Of a DNA stretch of 64,000 nt, positions 17,466 through 28,217 are shown piece after piece. This DNA is from an uncultured Candidatus Saccharibacteria bacterium (GTDB lineage: Bacteria; Patescibacteriota; Minisyncoccia; 2-02-FULL-40-12; GWA2-44-9): assembly GCA_964444955.1 (NCBI GenBank), contig CAYUJB010000001.1:77368-141367 (forward strand). Direction: 5' to 3'. A program made the position numbers and the translations under genes. The notes below the pieces were generated by a model. It did no database searches, was not told the origin of the DNA, and worked only from the letters and a program-made list of their open reading frames with translations. Every line of letters begins with the position of its first letter. Within the stretch, counting starts at the first letter, position 1.

Positions 17466-17492
17466 GAAGACCCGCTCCGGCGGGTCTTCTGG
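17466..17492 (+). terminator. hairpin after the pilin gene
   Basis: gaagacccgc-tccg-gcgggtcttc with a weak T-tract. Confidence 0.4.
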
Positions 17493-17504
17493 TATACTGG
17501 GGGC

Positions 17505-18266
17505 ATGATACTTGCAGCTGCAATTGCACTTGGACTTCTGTTGGGGAGTTTTTTGAGCGTGCTCATTGCACGGTGGCCGCAGTGGCAGGGAGTTTCTGCT
17601 GGACGATCGCGTTGCCCGCACTGCCGTCACGAGCTGGCCTGGTACGATCTGGTGCCGTTGGTGAGTTGGCTGTGGGTCGGCGGGAAGTGTCGCTACTGTC
17701 GTGCGCCTATCGCACGGTTCTATGTCGTGCTCGAGGTGACGATGGCGGGCGTGTTGGGACTCTACGCGTATCTCTACGGTGTCCCGACGGGATGGTACGG
17801 AGTGGACTATGTTATTTTATTTGGCCTCGTCGCATTATTTTTCTTTGATTTGCGGCATCAGGTGCTTCCCGATGCGATCATGGCTCCATTGGCGGTCGTG
17901 GTGGTGGGGCGACTGGTGAGCATGCGACCTGATCTGCTGGTCAACGCGCTGGTAACCGGAGTTGTGCTGAGTGGACTCTTGGGCGCGTTGTACGCACTGT
18001 CGCGTGGCCGATGGCTTGGGTTCGGTGACGTGAAACTCGCATTTGTCATTGGTGCTCTCTTTGGATTTCCTGCTGCGGTGGGAGTGACGTTGATTGCTAT
18101 TTGGTCGGGAGCGCTTGTGGGCATGGTGTTGATGGCGCGCCACCGAGCCACCATGCAAACCGCGCTACCGTTTGGATCTTTCTGGACTGCCTCCGCGCTC
18201 CTAGCGCTCTTTGCCCCTGGAGTGGTTGCATTTCTGAGTGGACTTTTTATCCCGGCATTTCTATGA
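17505..18266 (+). CDS. pilD: prepilin peptidase PilD (A24 family)
   Basis: CPHCRH...CRYC zinc motif, multiple TM helices, GFGDVKL catalytic Asp region. Confidence 0.9.
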   Translation: MILAAAIALGLLLGSFLSVLIARWPQWQGVSAGRSRCPHCRHELAWYDLVPLVSWLWVGGKCRYCRAPIARFYVVLEVTMAGVLGLYAYLYGVPTGWYGVDYVILFGLVALFFFDLRHQVLPDAIMAPLAVVVVGRLVSMRPDLLVNALVTGVVLSGLLGALYALSRGRWLGFGDVKLAFVIGALFGFPAAVGVTLIAIWSGALVGMVLMARHRATMQTALPFGSFWTASALLALFAPGVVAFLSGLFIPAFL

Positions 18267-18808
18267 GCGATCAACGCGGATTTACTCTAGCAGAGATTTT
18301 GGTGGTGATGGCCATCATCATGATGCTATCGGGATTTATGGTGCGCAATTTTGCGCGAGGACGAGTGGATCTGGATCAAGCACGTGCGGTCGTGATGGAG
18401 GCGTTACGAGAAACGCAATCACTGGCTCTTGCGGGCGCGCAATTTCAATCTACATTGCGTTGTGGCTACGGCATTCGATTGGAAGAGACGGGCTATACGC
18501 TCTATGCTGGACCGGTGGCATCCACTGATTGCGCTACGCACGATCGATCGTACAACGCAGGTACTGACCCCATCGTTCGTAGTGCGACGTTTCCTGCGGG
18601 GACTGTGGAGCTCGTGGGCGGGACGATTGATATCTTCTTTGAGCCACCAGATCCCGTGATGTATGTGTGCTCCGGCGGGACCTGTGATGCAGCGACATCG
18701 ACGACCGCGGTGGTGCGTCGCGTGGGCGCAGCCTGCACCGCTGCCAATCCATCTGCTGATTGTCGCGCTATTTCCATTGCGACTTCGGGACTTATTACTG
18801 CTCAGTAA
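18263..18808 (+). CDS. minor pilin / pseudopilin
   Basis: MSDQRGFTLAEILVVMAIIMML. The ATGA start overlaps the pilD stop. Confidence 0.75.
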   Translation: MSDQRGFTLAEILVVMAIIMMLSGFMVRNFARGRVDLDQARAVVMEALRETQSLALAGAQFQSTLRCGYGIRLEETGYTLYAGPVASTDCATHDRSYNAGTDPIVRSATFPAGTVELVGGTIDIFFEPPDPVMYVCSGGTCDAATSTTAVVRRVGAACTAANPSADCRAISIATSGLITAQ

Positions 18809-18811
18809 CGT

Positions 18812-19315
18812 ATGAAGCTCCGCGAACACGAAAAAGGATTTACGCTTATCGAGGTGCTCATGGCACTGGTGCTCTTGTCGACGGCACTGGTGCCCACGTT
18901 CGTGTTGGCAGGGGATGCGCTGAAGCTCTCAGAGCGTATCAAGAATTCGTTGATCGCAGCCAACCTCGCGCAAGAAGGGGTAGAGGTGGTGCGTGCTCTG
19001 CGAGATAGCAATTGGTTCAGCGACCAACCATTCGATACTGGGCTGACTGCGTGCACCGTGCAGTGCACCGTGCAATACGATAGTGGCGCGCTGATTATCG
19101 GCACGTACGATGGTGTGCCGCTCAAGCTTGATGCAGCAACGGACTTGTACCAGTACGATACGGGCACGGCGACTGCCTTCCAGCGCAAAATCATAGTTAC
19201 TTCCGTGTCGGCGACGCAGCTGAAAGTGGAAAGTATTGTTTCCTGGCGTGAGCGAGGTATTGCCGCGGAGAAGTCGCTGACCGTGGAGTATTTCCTCTTT
19301 GATTGGGCGCAATGA
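18812..19315 (+). CDS. minor pilin / pseudopilin
   Basis: KGFTLIEVLMALVLLSTAL N-terminus. Confidence 0.75.
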   Translation: MKLREHEKGFTLIEVLMALVLLSTALVPTFVLAGDALKLSERIKNSLIAANLAQEGVEVVRALRDSNWFSDQPFDTGLTACTVQCTVQYDSGALIIGTYDGVPLKLDAATDLYQYDTGTATAFQRKIIVTSVSATQLKVESIVSWRERGIAAEKSLTVEYFLFDWAQ

Positions 19316-19833
19316 ACGACCACACTTCCACACGGGGATTTACCCTCATCGAGCTCCTGATAGCGTCAATGGTGTTTTCATTTGTGATACTGAGTGTGAC
19401 GCAGCTATTCTCGGATGCGATGGGGCTCCAGCGACGTGCGGCCGGATACCAGAAGATTCAGGATACAGCAATTTTTGTGCTGGAGTCCCTTGCGCGTGAG
19501 ATTCGTGTGAGTACCATCCTCACCGCGTCGGGATGTTCGGCAACGCTGACCATGGATCATCCGGTCAACGGCACGATTGTCTACGCCTATGATTCTGGCA
19601 CGCACACGATCTCTCGCACCAAAGATGGCGTTACGTCGCCGATTACGTCGACCGACGTGAGTGTCGCAGCTTTTTCCTTTTGCGTTGCGGATGCCGGTAT
19701 CAATGATGCGCAGACGCGCGTAACCATGCCGATCAAGCTCGAGGCCAGCACGGGGAGGGGAGCAACTACGGTATCGGTGTCCTTGCAGACCACGGTGGTC
19801 TCGCGTGATATCACCGAAGAGCTCAGTAATTAA
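19312..19833 (+). CDS. minor pilin / pseudopilin
   Basis: RGFTLIELLIASMVFSFVIL N-terminus. Confidence 0.7.
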   Translation: MNDHTSTRGFTLIELLIASMVFSFVILSVTQLFSDAMGLQRRAAGYQKIQDTAIFVLESLAREIRVSTILTASGCSATLTMDHPVNGTIVYAYDSGTHTISRTKDGVTSPITSTDVSVAAFSFCVADAGINDAQTRVTMPIKLEASTGRGATTVSVSLQTTVVSRDITEELSN

Positions 19834-19836
19834 TCG

Positions 19837-20199
19837 ATGCAAACACACCAGTCACAACGCGGCTCCATTATTATCTACACCATGATGACGGTGGCTGCGA
19901 TGCTGGCTATCGGCATCACCCTCACGGGCGTGTTCATCAGCCGATTGAAGCGCTCACGTGCAGCGCAAGATACGATTATTGCTGTCTATGCCGCCGACAG
20001 TGCGGTTGAACATTGTCTCTATGAGGCGCGCACGGGTGTCGCAGGGCCACTCACACTCACCAGTGGCGCCACGTACGTCATCGCGAGCGGCTCGACCGAT
20101 CTTACGGCAAGCTGCACGGCCCTTTCGGCAGGAACATTTGATTTCCGCGCCACCGGCACCTATCGTGGCGTGAGCCGCGCTCTCGAAGTGAGCCAGTAG
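19837..20199 (+). CDS. PilX-like pilus assembly protein
   Basis: N-terminal hydrophobic helix MMTVAAMLAIGITLTGVFIS; last gene of the pilin cluster. Confidence 0.5.
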   Translation: MQTHQSQRGSIIIYTMMTVAAMLAIGITLTGVFISRLKRSRAAQDTIIAVYAADSAVEHCLYEARTGVAGPLTLTSGATYVIASGSTDLTASCTALSAGTFDFRATGTYRGVSRALEVSQ

Positions 20200-20248
20200 C
20201 TTTCTGGAGGGGCCTCGCTGATGCTCTCGTAATCTCTATGCCGCTCCA

Positions 20249-20443
20249 CCCTCCGCGCCGTCTCGCAGGATGCGGAGCTCGAGCCTCATGCATCATGAGG
20301 CTCGATGTATTCATAACTCGCTCTAGATGAAAGGACTGTATCTCGCTCATACAGATGAATAGCATCGGCCTCAGATGCAATCGGCTTCTCTCGCTTCCTC
20401 CCTGTCTTCGTCGGCATCGGAGGGCTACGCTGACATGGACCCG
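20249..20443 (+). repeat. dispersed intergenic repeat, copy 1 (about 195 bp)
   Basis: Near-identical to 27749-27943 with only a few mismatches. Contains a 10-bp perfect palindrome gagcctcatg/catgaggctc. Confidence 0.85.
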
Positions 20444-20574
20444 CTGAGCGAGTCTTCTCCGTTTCCCAGCGAGCCATAGCATGCGGCTTCGCACAAATAA
20501 GTTGCAGTCGTCGTCCGCAGCTGCGAGCATCCGCATGACTTGCCTGCCGGCCGGCAGGCCGGCCGGAGCACAGA

Positions 20575-20603
20575 GAACGGCTAAAACGGCGTTTTAGCCG
20601 TTC
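20575..20603. repeat. palindromic hairpin module gaacggctaaaac-ggc-gttttagccgttc
   Basis: Perfect 13-bp inverted repeat; related copies at 27947-27977 and 41606-41636. Confidence 0.8.
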
Positions 20604-20747
20604 GGATGCGGAGATTCGGATGCTGCGCTTGCTGCGGACAGACTGCAGTACCAATGCGAAGTGGCGAGTCGGGGAACGGGGAAGCGAGTGATCTCACGCG
20701 AATTTAGATGAGATAAAATAATGGAAAATGTTGAGGCAATGGGGTAG

Positions 20748-22772
<2,025 letters not shown>

Positions 22773-22816
22773 TCCATTATTTGTGAGATAATAAAATCAA
22801 CAGGAAAGGAGAAGTC

Positions 22817-23290
22817 ATGAGTCTTCCGCGGTGGTTGGAGAGGTTGCTGCACTGGGTGCTCTGGCTCGTTCGGCCGAAGTACTTGGTGGGGGTGTTCCCG
22901 ATCTGTATTGATGATGATGAGCGCGTGCTTTTGATCCGCAAGCGACTCGGGGCTTCACTGGGATGGCAGTTGCCCGGAGGAGGGAAGGCCTACGGCGTTT
23001 CGTTTGAGCGTACGGCATGCAATGAGCTCGAGGAAGAGACGGGACTGCACACCGATCCCGAACGTTTACGGTTTGTGTGCACGCAGTGCGTGGAGGAGAA
23101 TTGGGATATCAACATCGCGTATCTCGTGGTGGCCTGCTCTGGTGAAGTTGCGGTGCGTGATACGCTGGAGATTCATGAAGCGCGGTGGGTGCCGATTGTG
23201 CAGGCGCGCACCTTGCTCTTACCTTCCCATCGTCCGATGCTCGAGAGCGCCCTGAAAGCGTTCTACCGCTGGGGATACGGATTTCGGTAG
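22817..23290 (+). CDS. NUDIX hydrolase
   Basis: Nudix box GGGKAYGVSFERTACNELEEETGL. Confidence 0.8.
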   Translation: MSLPRWLERLLHWVLWLVRPKYLVGVFPICIDDDERVLLIRKRLGASLGWQLPGGGKAYGVSFERTACNELEEETGLHTDPERLRFVCTQCVEENWDINIAYLVVACSGEVAVRDTLEIHEARWVPIVQARTLLLPSHRPMLESALKAFYRWGYGFR

Positions 23291-23466
23291 TCGTAGTGTC
23301 CCGCCTTGTGCGGGACTTTCTTTTCACGTCAGACGCTGTACCATAAGAAACGGCAGCGTGGCGAAGAACAACGCGCAGAGCCTGAAAACTCTGTACTCGG
23401 TGGGCTGAAACTCCCATCCGCTGCTTCCATTCTCTCCCATTTCAATGGGAGTTTTTTTGTGCTAGA

Positions 23467-23778
23467 ATGCGGCAAATGCTTACGGATACTGAGGTAGATC
23501 ACATCGCAAAACTTGCTCGCATCGAGCTTGCGCCCGAGATGCGTGAACGTATGAAACGAGATCTCTCGAGTGTTTTAGACTACATTGCGCTCTTAGACGG
23601 TGTTGACACATCCGGCGTCGACGCGCTCTACCAGGTGACAGGGCTACAAAACAGTACACGCCCCGATGAGTATCGCGGTGATTTTGTCGTTGACGACACA
23701 CTGCTTGAGCGTTTGGTCGGCCAAGCGCCCGCGCAACAGTCACGCATGGTGAAGGTAAAATCTATTAAAGCAAAATGA
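23467..23778 (+). CDS. gatC: Asp/Glu-tRNA amidotransferase subunit C
   Basis: About 100 aa; LARIEL and VLDYIALLD are typical of GatC. Confidence 0.85.
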   Translation: MRQMLTDTEVDHIAKLARIELAPEMRERMKRDLSSVLDYIALLDGVDTSGVDALYQVTGLQNSTRPDEYRGDFVVDDTLLERLVGQAPAQQSRMVKVKSIKAK

Positions 23779-23880
23779 ACCCCGTTAGAAACGAACAAGA
23801 AGTGAATATTTTCGTAATCGTCGAACAAGCACACTCACCAACAGTATGTGATAACGTTTTGTTTTATCATTTCTAACGGG

Positions 23881-25290
23881 ATGAAGGACTTTGGATTTAC
23901 TATTGCATCAGCACGCGAGGCATTCGCCAATGGTACGCTCACGCCAGAGCGACTCTTTGCGCACTATCAAGAGCGTATCGCCAAGCACAATAGTGAGCTC
24001 AATGCGTATCGTCCCACGCCATTTGCTTACAAGTCACGCGAGCTCGATAGCTCGGTACTTACGGGCATTCCGTACGCGCTCAAAGACAATATGCTTGTCG
24101 CCGGCACGGTAGCGACGGGAGGTTCGCGTATTCTTGAGCACTACGTGAGCGCCTATGACTCCACCGTGTATCGCAAGCTCGAAGCCGCTGGGGCGCAACT
24201 TTTGGGAAAGACGAACATGGATGAATTTGCCATGGGCTCGTCGGGTGAAAATAGCGCCTACGGCGTGGTGCGCAATCCGTGGGACACGACGCGTGTGCCA
24301 GGAGGGAGCTCCGCCGGATCGGCAGCGGCGGTGGCGGGGGATCTGTGCGTCTTCTCGTTGGGTTCTGATACCGGTGGCTCTATTCGCCAGCCCGCCGCGC
24401 TCTGTGGCGTGGTGGGTATCAAGCCAACCTATGGTCGTGTTTCTCGCCATGGCTTAATGGCGCTAGCATCATCGCTCGATCAGATTGGCACCTTCACCAA
24501 GACTGTCCGTGACGGTGCGCATGTACTCGCAGAAATCGCAGGAGCTGATCAATTTGATTCAACGACGGTGCCGCGCGACGTGCCTGATTATATCGAGTCG
24601 CTTGAGCGGGACATCACTGGGTTACGAATCGGAATTCCCAAAGAGTATTTTGGTGATGGGCTTGCGGTAGAAGTGCGGGAGCGTGTTGAGCAAGCAATCG
24701 CACACCTAGAAAGGCGAGGTGCTACTATCGTGCCAATCTCATTGCCGCACAGTAAGTACGCACTGGCGGTCTACTACATCGTCCAACCCTCTGAGTGTGC
24801 CGCGAACCTCTCGCGCTACGATGGGATTCGCTATGGGCACCAGACGACTGCCGCTGATTCGCTCTTGGAGGTGTATACCAAGAGTCGCGCAGAAGGATTT
24901 GGACCTGAACCGACGCGCCGCATCATGTTGGGCACCTACGCGCTCTCGGCAGGATATTTTGACGCCTACTACACCAAAGCACAGAAAGTGCGCGCGCTCA
25001 TCCGTCAGGATTTTGATCGTGCATTCGAGCACGTCGATGTCATTGCTGGACCCACGGCGCCCACTATTGCCTTCAAGATAGGGGAGAAGTCTGATGACCC
25101 ACTCGCGATGTATCTTTCTGATATCTATACTGTCCCCGTAAATCTCGCTGGTGTTCCTGCGCTTTCGGTCCCGTGTGGCCTTGGCGCCGAGTCAGGGCTC
25201 CCTGTGGGGCTACAGCTCATCGGCGCCGCTTTTCAGGAGGCCAAAATTCTCAATGTTGCCTGGCACGTGGAGCAAGCACTCTCGCAATGA
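23881..25290 (+). CDS. gatA: Asp/Glu-tRNA amidotransferase subunit A (amidase)
   Basis: Amidase signature [13 protein letters not shown]. Start taken at MKDFGF. Confidence 0.95.
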   Translation: MKDFGFTIASAREAFANGTLTPERLFAHYQERIAKHNSELNAYRPTPFAYKSRELDSSVLTGIPYALKDNMLVAGTVATGGSRILEHYVSAYDSTVYRKLEAAGAQLLGKTNMDEFAMGSSGENSAYGVVRNPWDTTRVPGGSSAGSAAAVAGDLCVFSLGSDTGGSIRQPAALCGVVGIKPTYGRVSRHGLMALASSLDQIGTFTKTVRDGAHVLAEIAGADQFDSTTVPRDVPDYIESLERDITGLRIGIPKEYFGDGLAVEVRERVEQAIAHLERRGATIVPISLPHSKYALAVYYIVQPSECAANLSRYDGIRYGHQTTAADSLLEVYTKSRAEGFGPEPTRRIMLGTYALSAGYFDAYYTKAQKVRALIRQDFDRAFEHVDVIAGPTAPTIAFKIGEKSDDPLAMYLSDIYTVPVNLAGVPALSVPCGLGAESGLPVGLQLIGAAFQEAKILNVAWHVEQALSQ

Positions 25291-25898
25291 CTATCTACGA
25301 ACAAATTCCCGATATCGTTACCGCCGCGGTTCAGTCGCTCTACCGCACGAACTACGTAGAAAACAACGCACTCTCTACGGCGCGCGTGTTTGATTTTTTT
25401 CAAACCAATGCGACCGTGGGGGATATCACGCTAATCCTTTCGCAGCTGGGCATCGTGGTGAGTGTATTTTTCGTAGGGCTTATCGTGTTTATTCGTCTCC
25501 AGAAGAGCATGCTGAAGCCAGCTGCTTTCTCAATTGCACCGACAGTTTCTGCGGGCACGCCGGAGCTTGTGTCTCGTGCGGGAGCGCTCCGTCAGCGGTG
25601 GGACACTGTTGTGGCGCATCTAAACTCGACCAAAGAATACGAATGGAAGGTTGCGGTCATGGAGGCTGACAAGCTCGTCGATGATGCGCTAGCGAATGCA
25701 GGATTTCCAGGCGCTACGTTTGGTGATCGCTTGAGCAACATTCAACCCGGGACACTCGTGTCACTTGATGGTATCTGGTGGGCGCACAAGATTCGCAATC
25801 GTCTTGCACATGAAGTAGATTATTTTTTGCGCTACACGGAGGCGAAGCAGGCGGTGGGGTACTTTGAGGCAGCCCTGTCTGAGCTCCAGCTAATCTAA
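25287..25898 (+). CDS. hypothetical membrane protein
   Basis: ATGA overlap with the gatA stop; one TM ([21 protein letters not shown]). Confidence 0.5.
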   Translation: MTIYEQIPDIVTAAVQSLYRTNYVENNALSTARVFDFFQTNATVGDITLILSQLGIVVSVFFVGLIVFIRLQKSMLKPAAFSIAPTVSAGTPELVSRAGALRQRWDTVVAHLNSTKEYEWKVAVMEADKLVDDALANAGFPGATFGDRLSNIQPGTLVSLDGIWWAHKIRNRLAHEVDYFLRYTEAKQAVGYFEAALSELQLI

Positions 25899-27718
25899 TG
25901 AATATACAGGGCATTATGCAACAACTATCCCAGCGAAAAGTTCTTCGCGCCGTCGCGGCTGTCGTTGGTGTTTTTTTCTTTGCTGCAACGGCAACAGCGG
26001 GATACTATCGAGATCGCATTGTAGCCAACACCCTTGTAGGCGGCGTTGCTGTTGGTGGTCTCTCTCGTGACGATGCGGCACAAAAAATTGACGCGGCTGC
26101 GCGAAGCGTAGAGCAGGCGGGTATCCGCGTGGCGGTGGGGGGCGTTGTTGAGCCGATTCGTACGGAGAGTATTAGTTTTATTGTCGACACAACGCGAGCG
26201 GTAGAAGAGGCGTTTGGGCGTGGGCATAGCGGAGCAGCGTTTGCACAGCTTCGCGATCGCGTCCGTGCTTTGTGGCGTACGCAGTACATGCCTGCTCCGA
26301 TTGTGCTTGATGAGGAAGCGCTTGCTTCACAGGTATCCGACGTTGCAGACCTGGTAGACATCGGTCGCCACGATATCCGGCTTGAGATTACGGGTACCCG
26401 CGTACTCTTAGCGACTGACACTGCTCCCGGTCGAGCGATTGATCAGTCCGAAGCCCTCCAGAAAATACACAGTACGCTTGTGATGCTCGATACGACACCG
26501 ATTGCGCTTGAACTGCGTGACGATCCACCACGCGCTGATCGAGTATTAGCGCAGCATGCGGTAAGCGATGCGCAAAAAATAATCGCTCGTCCGATAGTGC
26601 TTTCGTATGAGGATTTACAGTATTTTATCTCACGCGACCGCATCGCATCCTGGATTATCTCTGAATACGAGAACAATCAGCTCGTCGCTGGGCTCAATGA
26701 CGAGCTGGTGAGCGCCTATGTGACCACAGTGGCAGTCGCACTCAACATCCCGCCAGTGCCTGCACACATCACAACTCAGGATGGTCGGGTGACGGGGTTT
26801 ACCCCTCCCAAAGTTGGACGAGCGGTCCAAGAGGAGAAACTGGTACAGATGATTTTAGATACGCTTCGCTCGCGCATCACATCCAAACCGATGGCAGACA
26901 ATTTTATTGTGCCACTCAAATCTACCAATGTGTCACTCACCGGGCTGGAGGCGGGCACCGGCATTACGGAGTTGATCGGGAAGGCGACCACACCATTTAC
27001 CGGCAGTCCTCGGAATCGAATTTCGAATATAAAAAATGGTGTGAAGTTTCTCACGGGCACCATTGTTGCTGCGGGCACAGAATTTTCTACGCTAGGCACT
27101 CTGGGCATTATAGACAACACAACGGGATATTTGCCCGAACTAGTCATCAAGGGCGATCGCACTACACCAGAATTCGGCGGGGGACTGTGCCAGGTGTCCA
27201 CGACGCTCTTTCGCTCGGTAATGAACGCGGGCTTGCCGGTGACAGCGCGTCGCAACCACAGCTATCGCGTTTCCTATTACGAAAAGGATGGTAGCGGTAA
27301 CATCATTGGTCCGGGACTTGACGCGACCATTTATGAACCAAATCTTGATTTCAAATTCAAAAACGATACCGCGAATCCCGTGCTCATCATCGGCTATGTG
27401 GCGGGCGACAAGGTTACCTTTGAGCTCTACGGCACCCGCGATGGCAGAACTAGTACTATTGATGGCCCGCATACGCTCACGACAACATCTCCGGGTGAAC
27501 CCGAGTATATTCCCGAGCCCTCTCTCGCGGTAGGCGTGACCAAGCAGGTTGAGTTCCCTCATCCGGGTGGCTCTGCAGTTGCAACGTACACCGTCAACTA
27601 TGCGGACGGCACTACCACGTCCCAAGTCTTTACGAGCTGGTATCGTCGCTGGCCCGCCAAGTATCTTGTTGGCACCGGGGGAGTGATTTCGTCACCCACA
27701 CCTCCTCCCTCGCAGTGA
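25898..27718 (+). CDS. VanW-domain protein (YoaR-like)
   Basis: N-terminal TM, peptidoglycan-binding-like region, then VanW core GGGLCQVSTTLFRSVMNAGLPV...RNHSY. Confidence 0.8.
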   Translation: MNIQGIMQQLSQRKVLRAVAAVVGVFFFAATATAGYYRDRIVANTLVGGVAVGGLSRDDAAQKIDAAARSVEQAGIRVAVGGVVEPIRTESISFIVDTTRAVEEAFGRGHSGAAFAQLRDRVRALWRTQYMPAPIVLDEEALASQVSDVADLVDIGRHDIRLEITGTRVLLATDTAPGRAIDQSEALQKIHSTLVMLDTTPIALELRDDPPRADRVLAQHAVSDAQKIIARPIVLSYEDLQYFISRDRIASWIISEYENNQLVAGLNDELVSAYVTTVAVALNIPPVPAHITTQDGRVTGFTPPKVGRAVQEEKLVQMILDTLRSRITSKPMADNFIVPLKSTNVSLTGLEAGTGITELIGKATTPFTGSPRNRISNIKNGVKFLTGTIVAAGTEFSTLGTLGIIDNTTGYLPELVIKGDRTTPEFGGGLCQVSTTLFRSVMNAGLPVTARRNHSYRVSYYEKDGSGNIIGPGLDATIYEPNLDFKFKNDTANPVLIIGYVAGDKVTFELYGTRDGRTSTIDGPHTLTTTSPGEPEYIPEPSLAVGVTKQVEFPHPGGSAVATYTVNYADGTTTSQVFTSWYRRWPAKYLVGTGGVISSPTPPPSQ

Positions 27719-27748
27719 TGTGTAATATATAAGCTCTGTGCCACTGCG

Positions 27749-27943
27749 CCCTCCGCGCCGTCTCGCAGGATGCGGAGCTCGAGCCTCATGCATCATGAGG
27801 CTCGATGTATTCATAACTCGCTCTAGATGAAAGGACTGTATCTCGCTCATACAGATGAATAGCATCGGCCTCAGATTCAATCGGCTTTTCTCGCTTCCTC
27901 CCTGTCTTCGTCGGCATCGGAGGGCTGCGCTGACATGGACCCG
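27749..27943 (+). repeat. dispersed intergenic repeat, copy 2 (about 195 bp)
   Basis: Near-identical to 20249-20443. Confidence 0.85.
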
Positions 27944-27946
27944 TTT

Positions 27947-27977
27947 TGAACGGCTAAGACGAAGGTTTAGCCGTTGG
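27947..27977. repeat. hairpin module aacggctaagac-gaag-gtttagccgtt
   Basis: Variant of the 20575-20603 palindrome, directly abutting repeat copy 2. Confidence 0.7.
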
Positions 27978-28217
27978 TAATGCCGAAGGCATACCGAGCG
28001 TCGCTGGCATATCGATGGGAAGACCTCCTCGGAGCACGGCTGGTGCGAGAGCAGAAGCGTCCCGCTAGCAAGCGGGAACGCTGTGGCTGACCAGGCGATA
28101 TGCCAGCAGAGCGATGCGATTGTCGGCTGATAGGTAGGGCTATGTCAGTGTGAGATGGAGCAGTAAAGATCATATTCTTTTGCAAAATATGCCGTTTTTT
28201 CGTACGATGAACGAACT

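Noticed and set aside
18101-18808. Long 235-aa version of the first minor-pilin ORF
   Set aside because: The upstream 54 codons overlap pilD in another frame. The conserved prepilin N-terminus begins at the ATG at 18263, which overlaps the pilD stop.
20102-20536. ORFs 20102-20536(-) and 27692-27880(-) sharing an identical 40-aa peptide (LRPMLFICMSEIQSFHLERVMNTSSLMMHEARAPHPARRRGG)
   Set aside because: The identity arises from near-identical repeat DNA, not protein conservation. The ORFs diverge immediately outside the repeat and have no start or RBS context.
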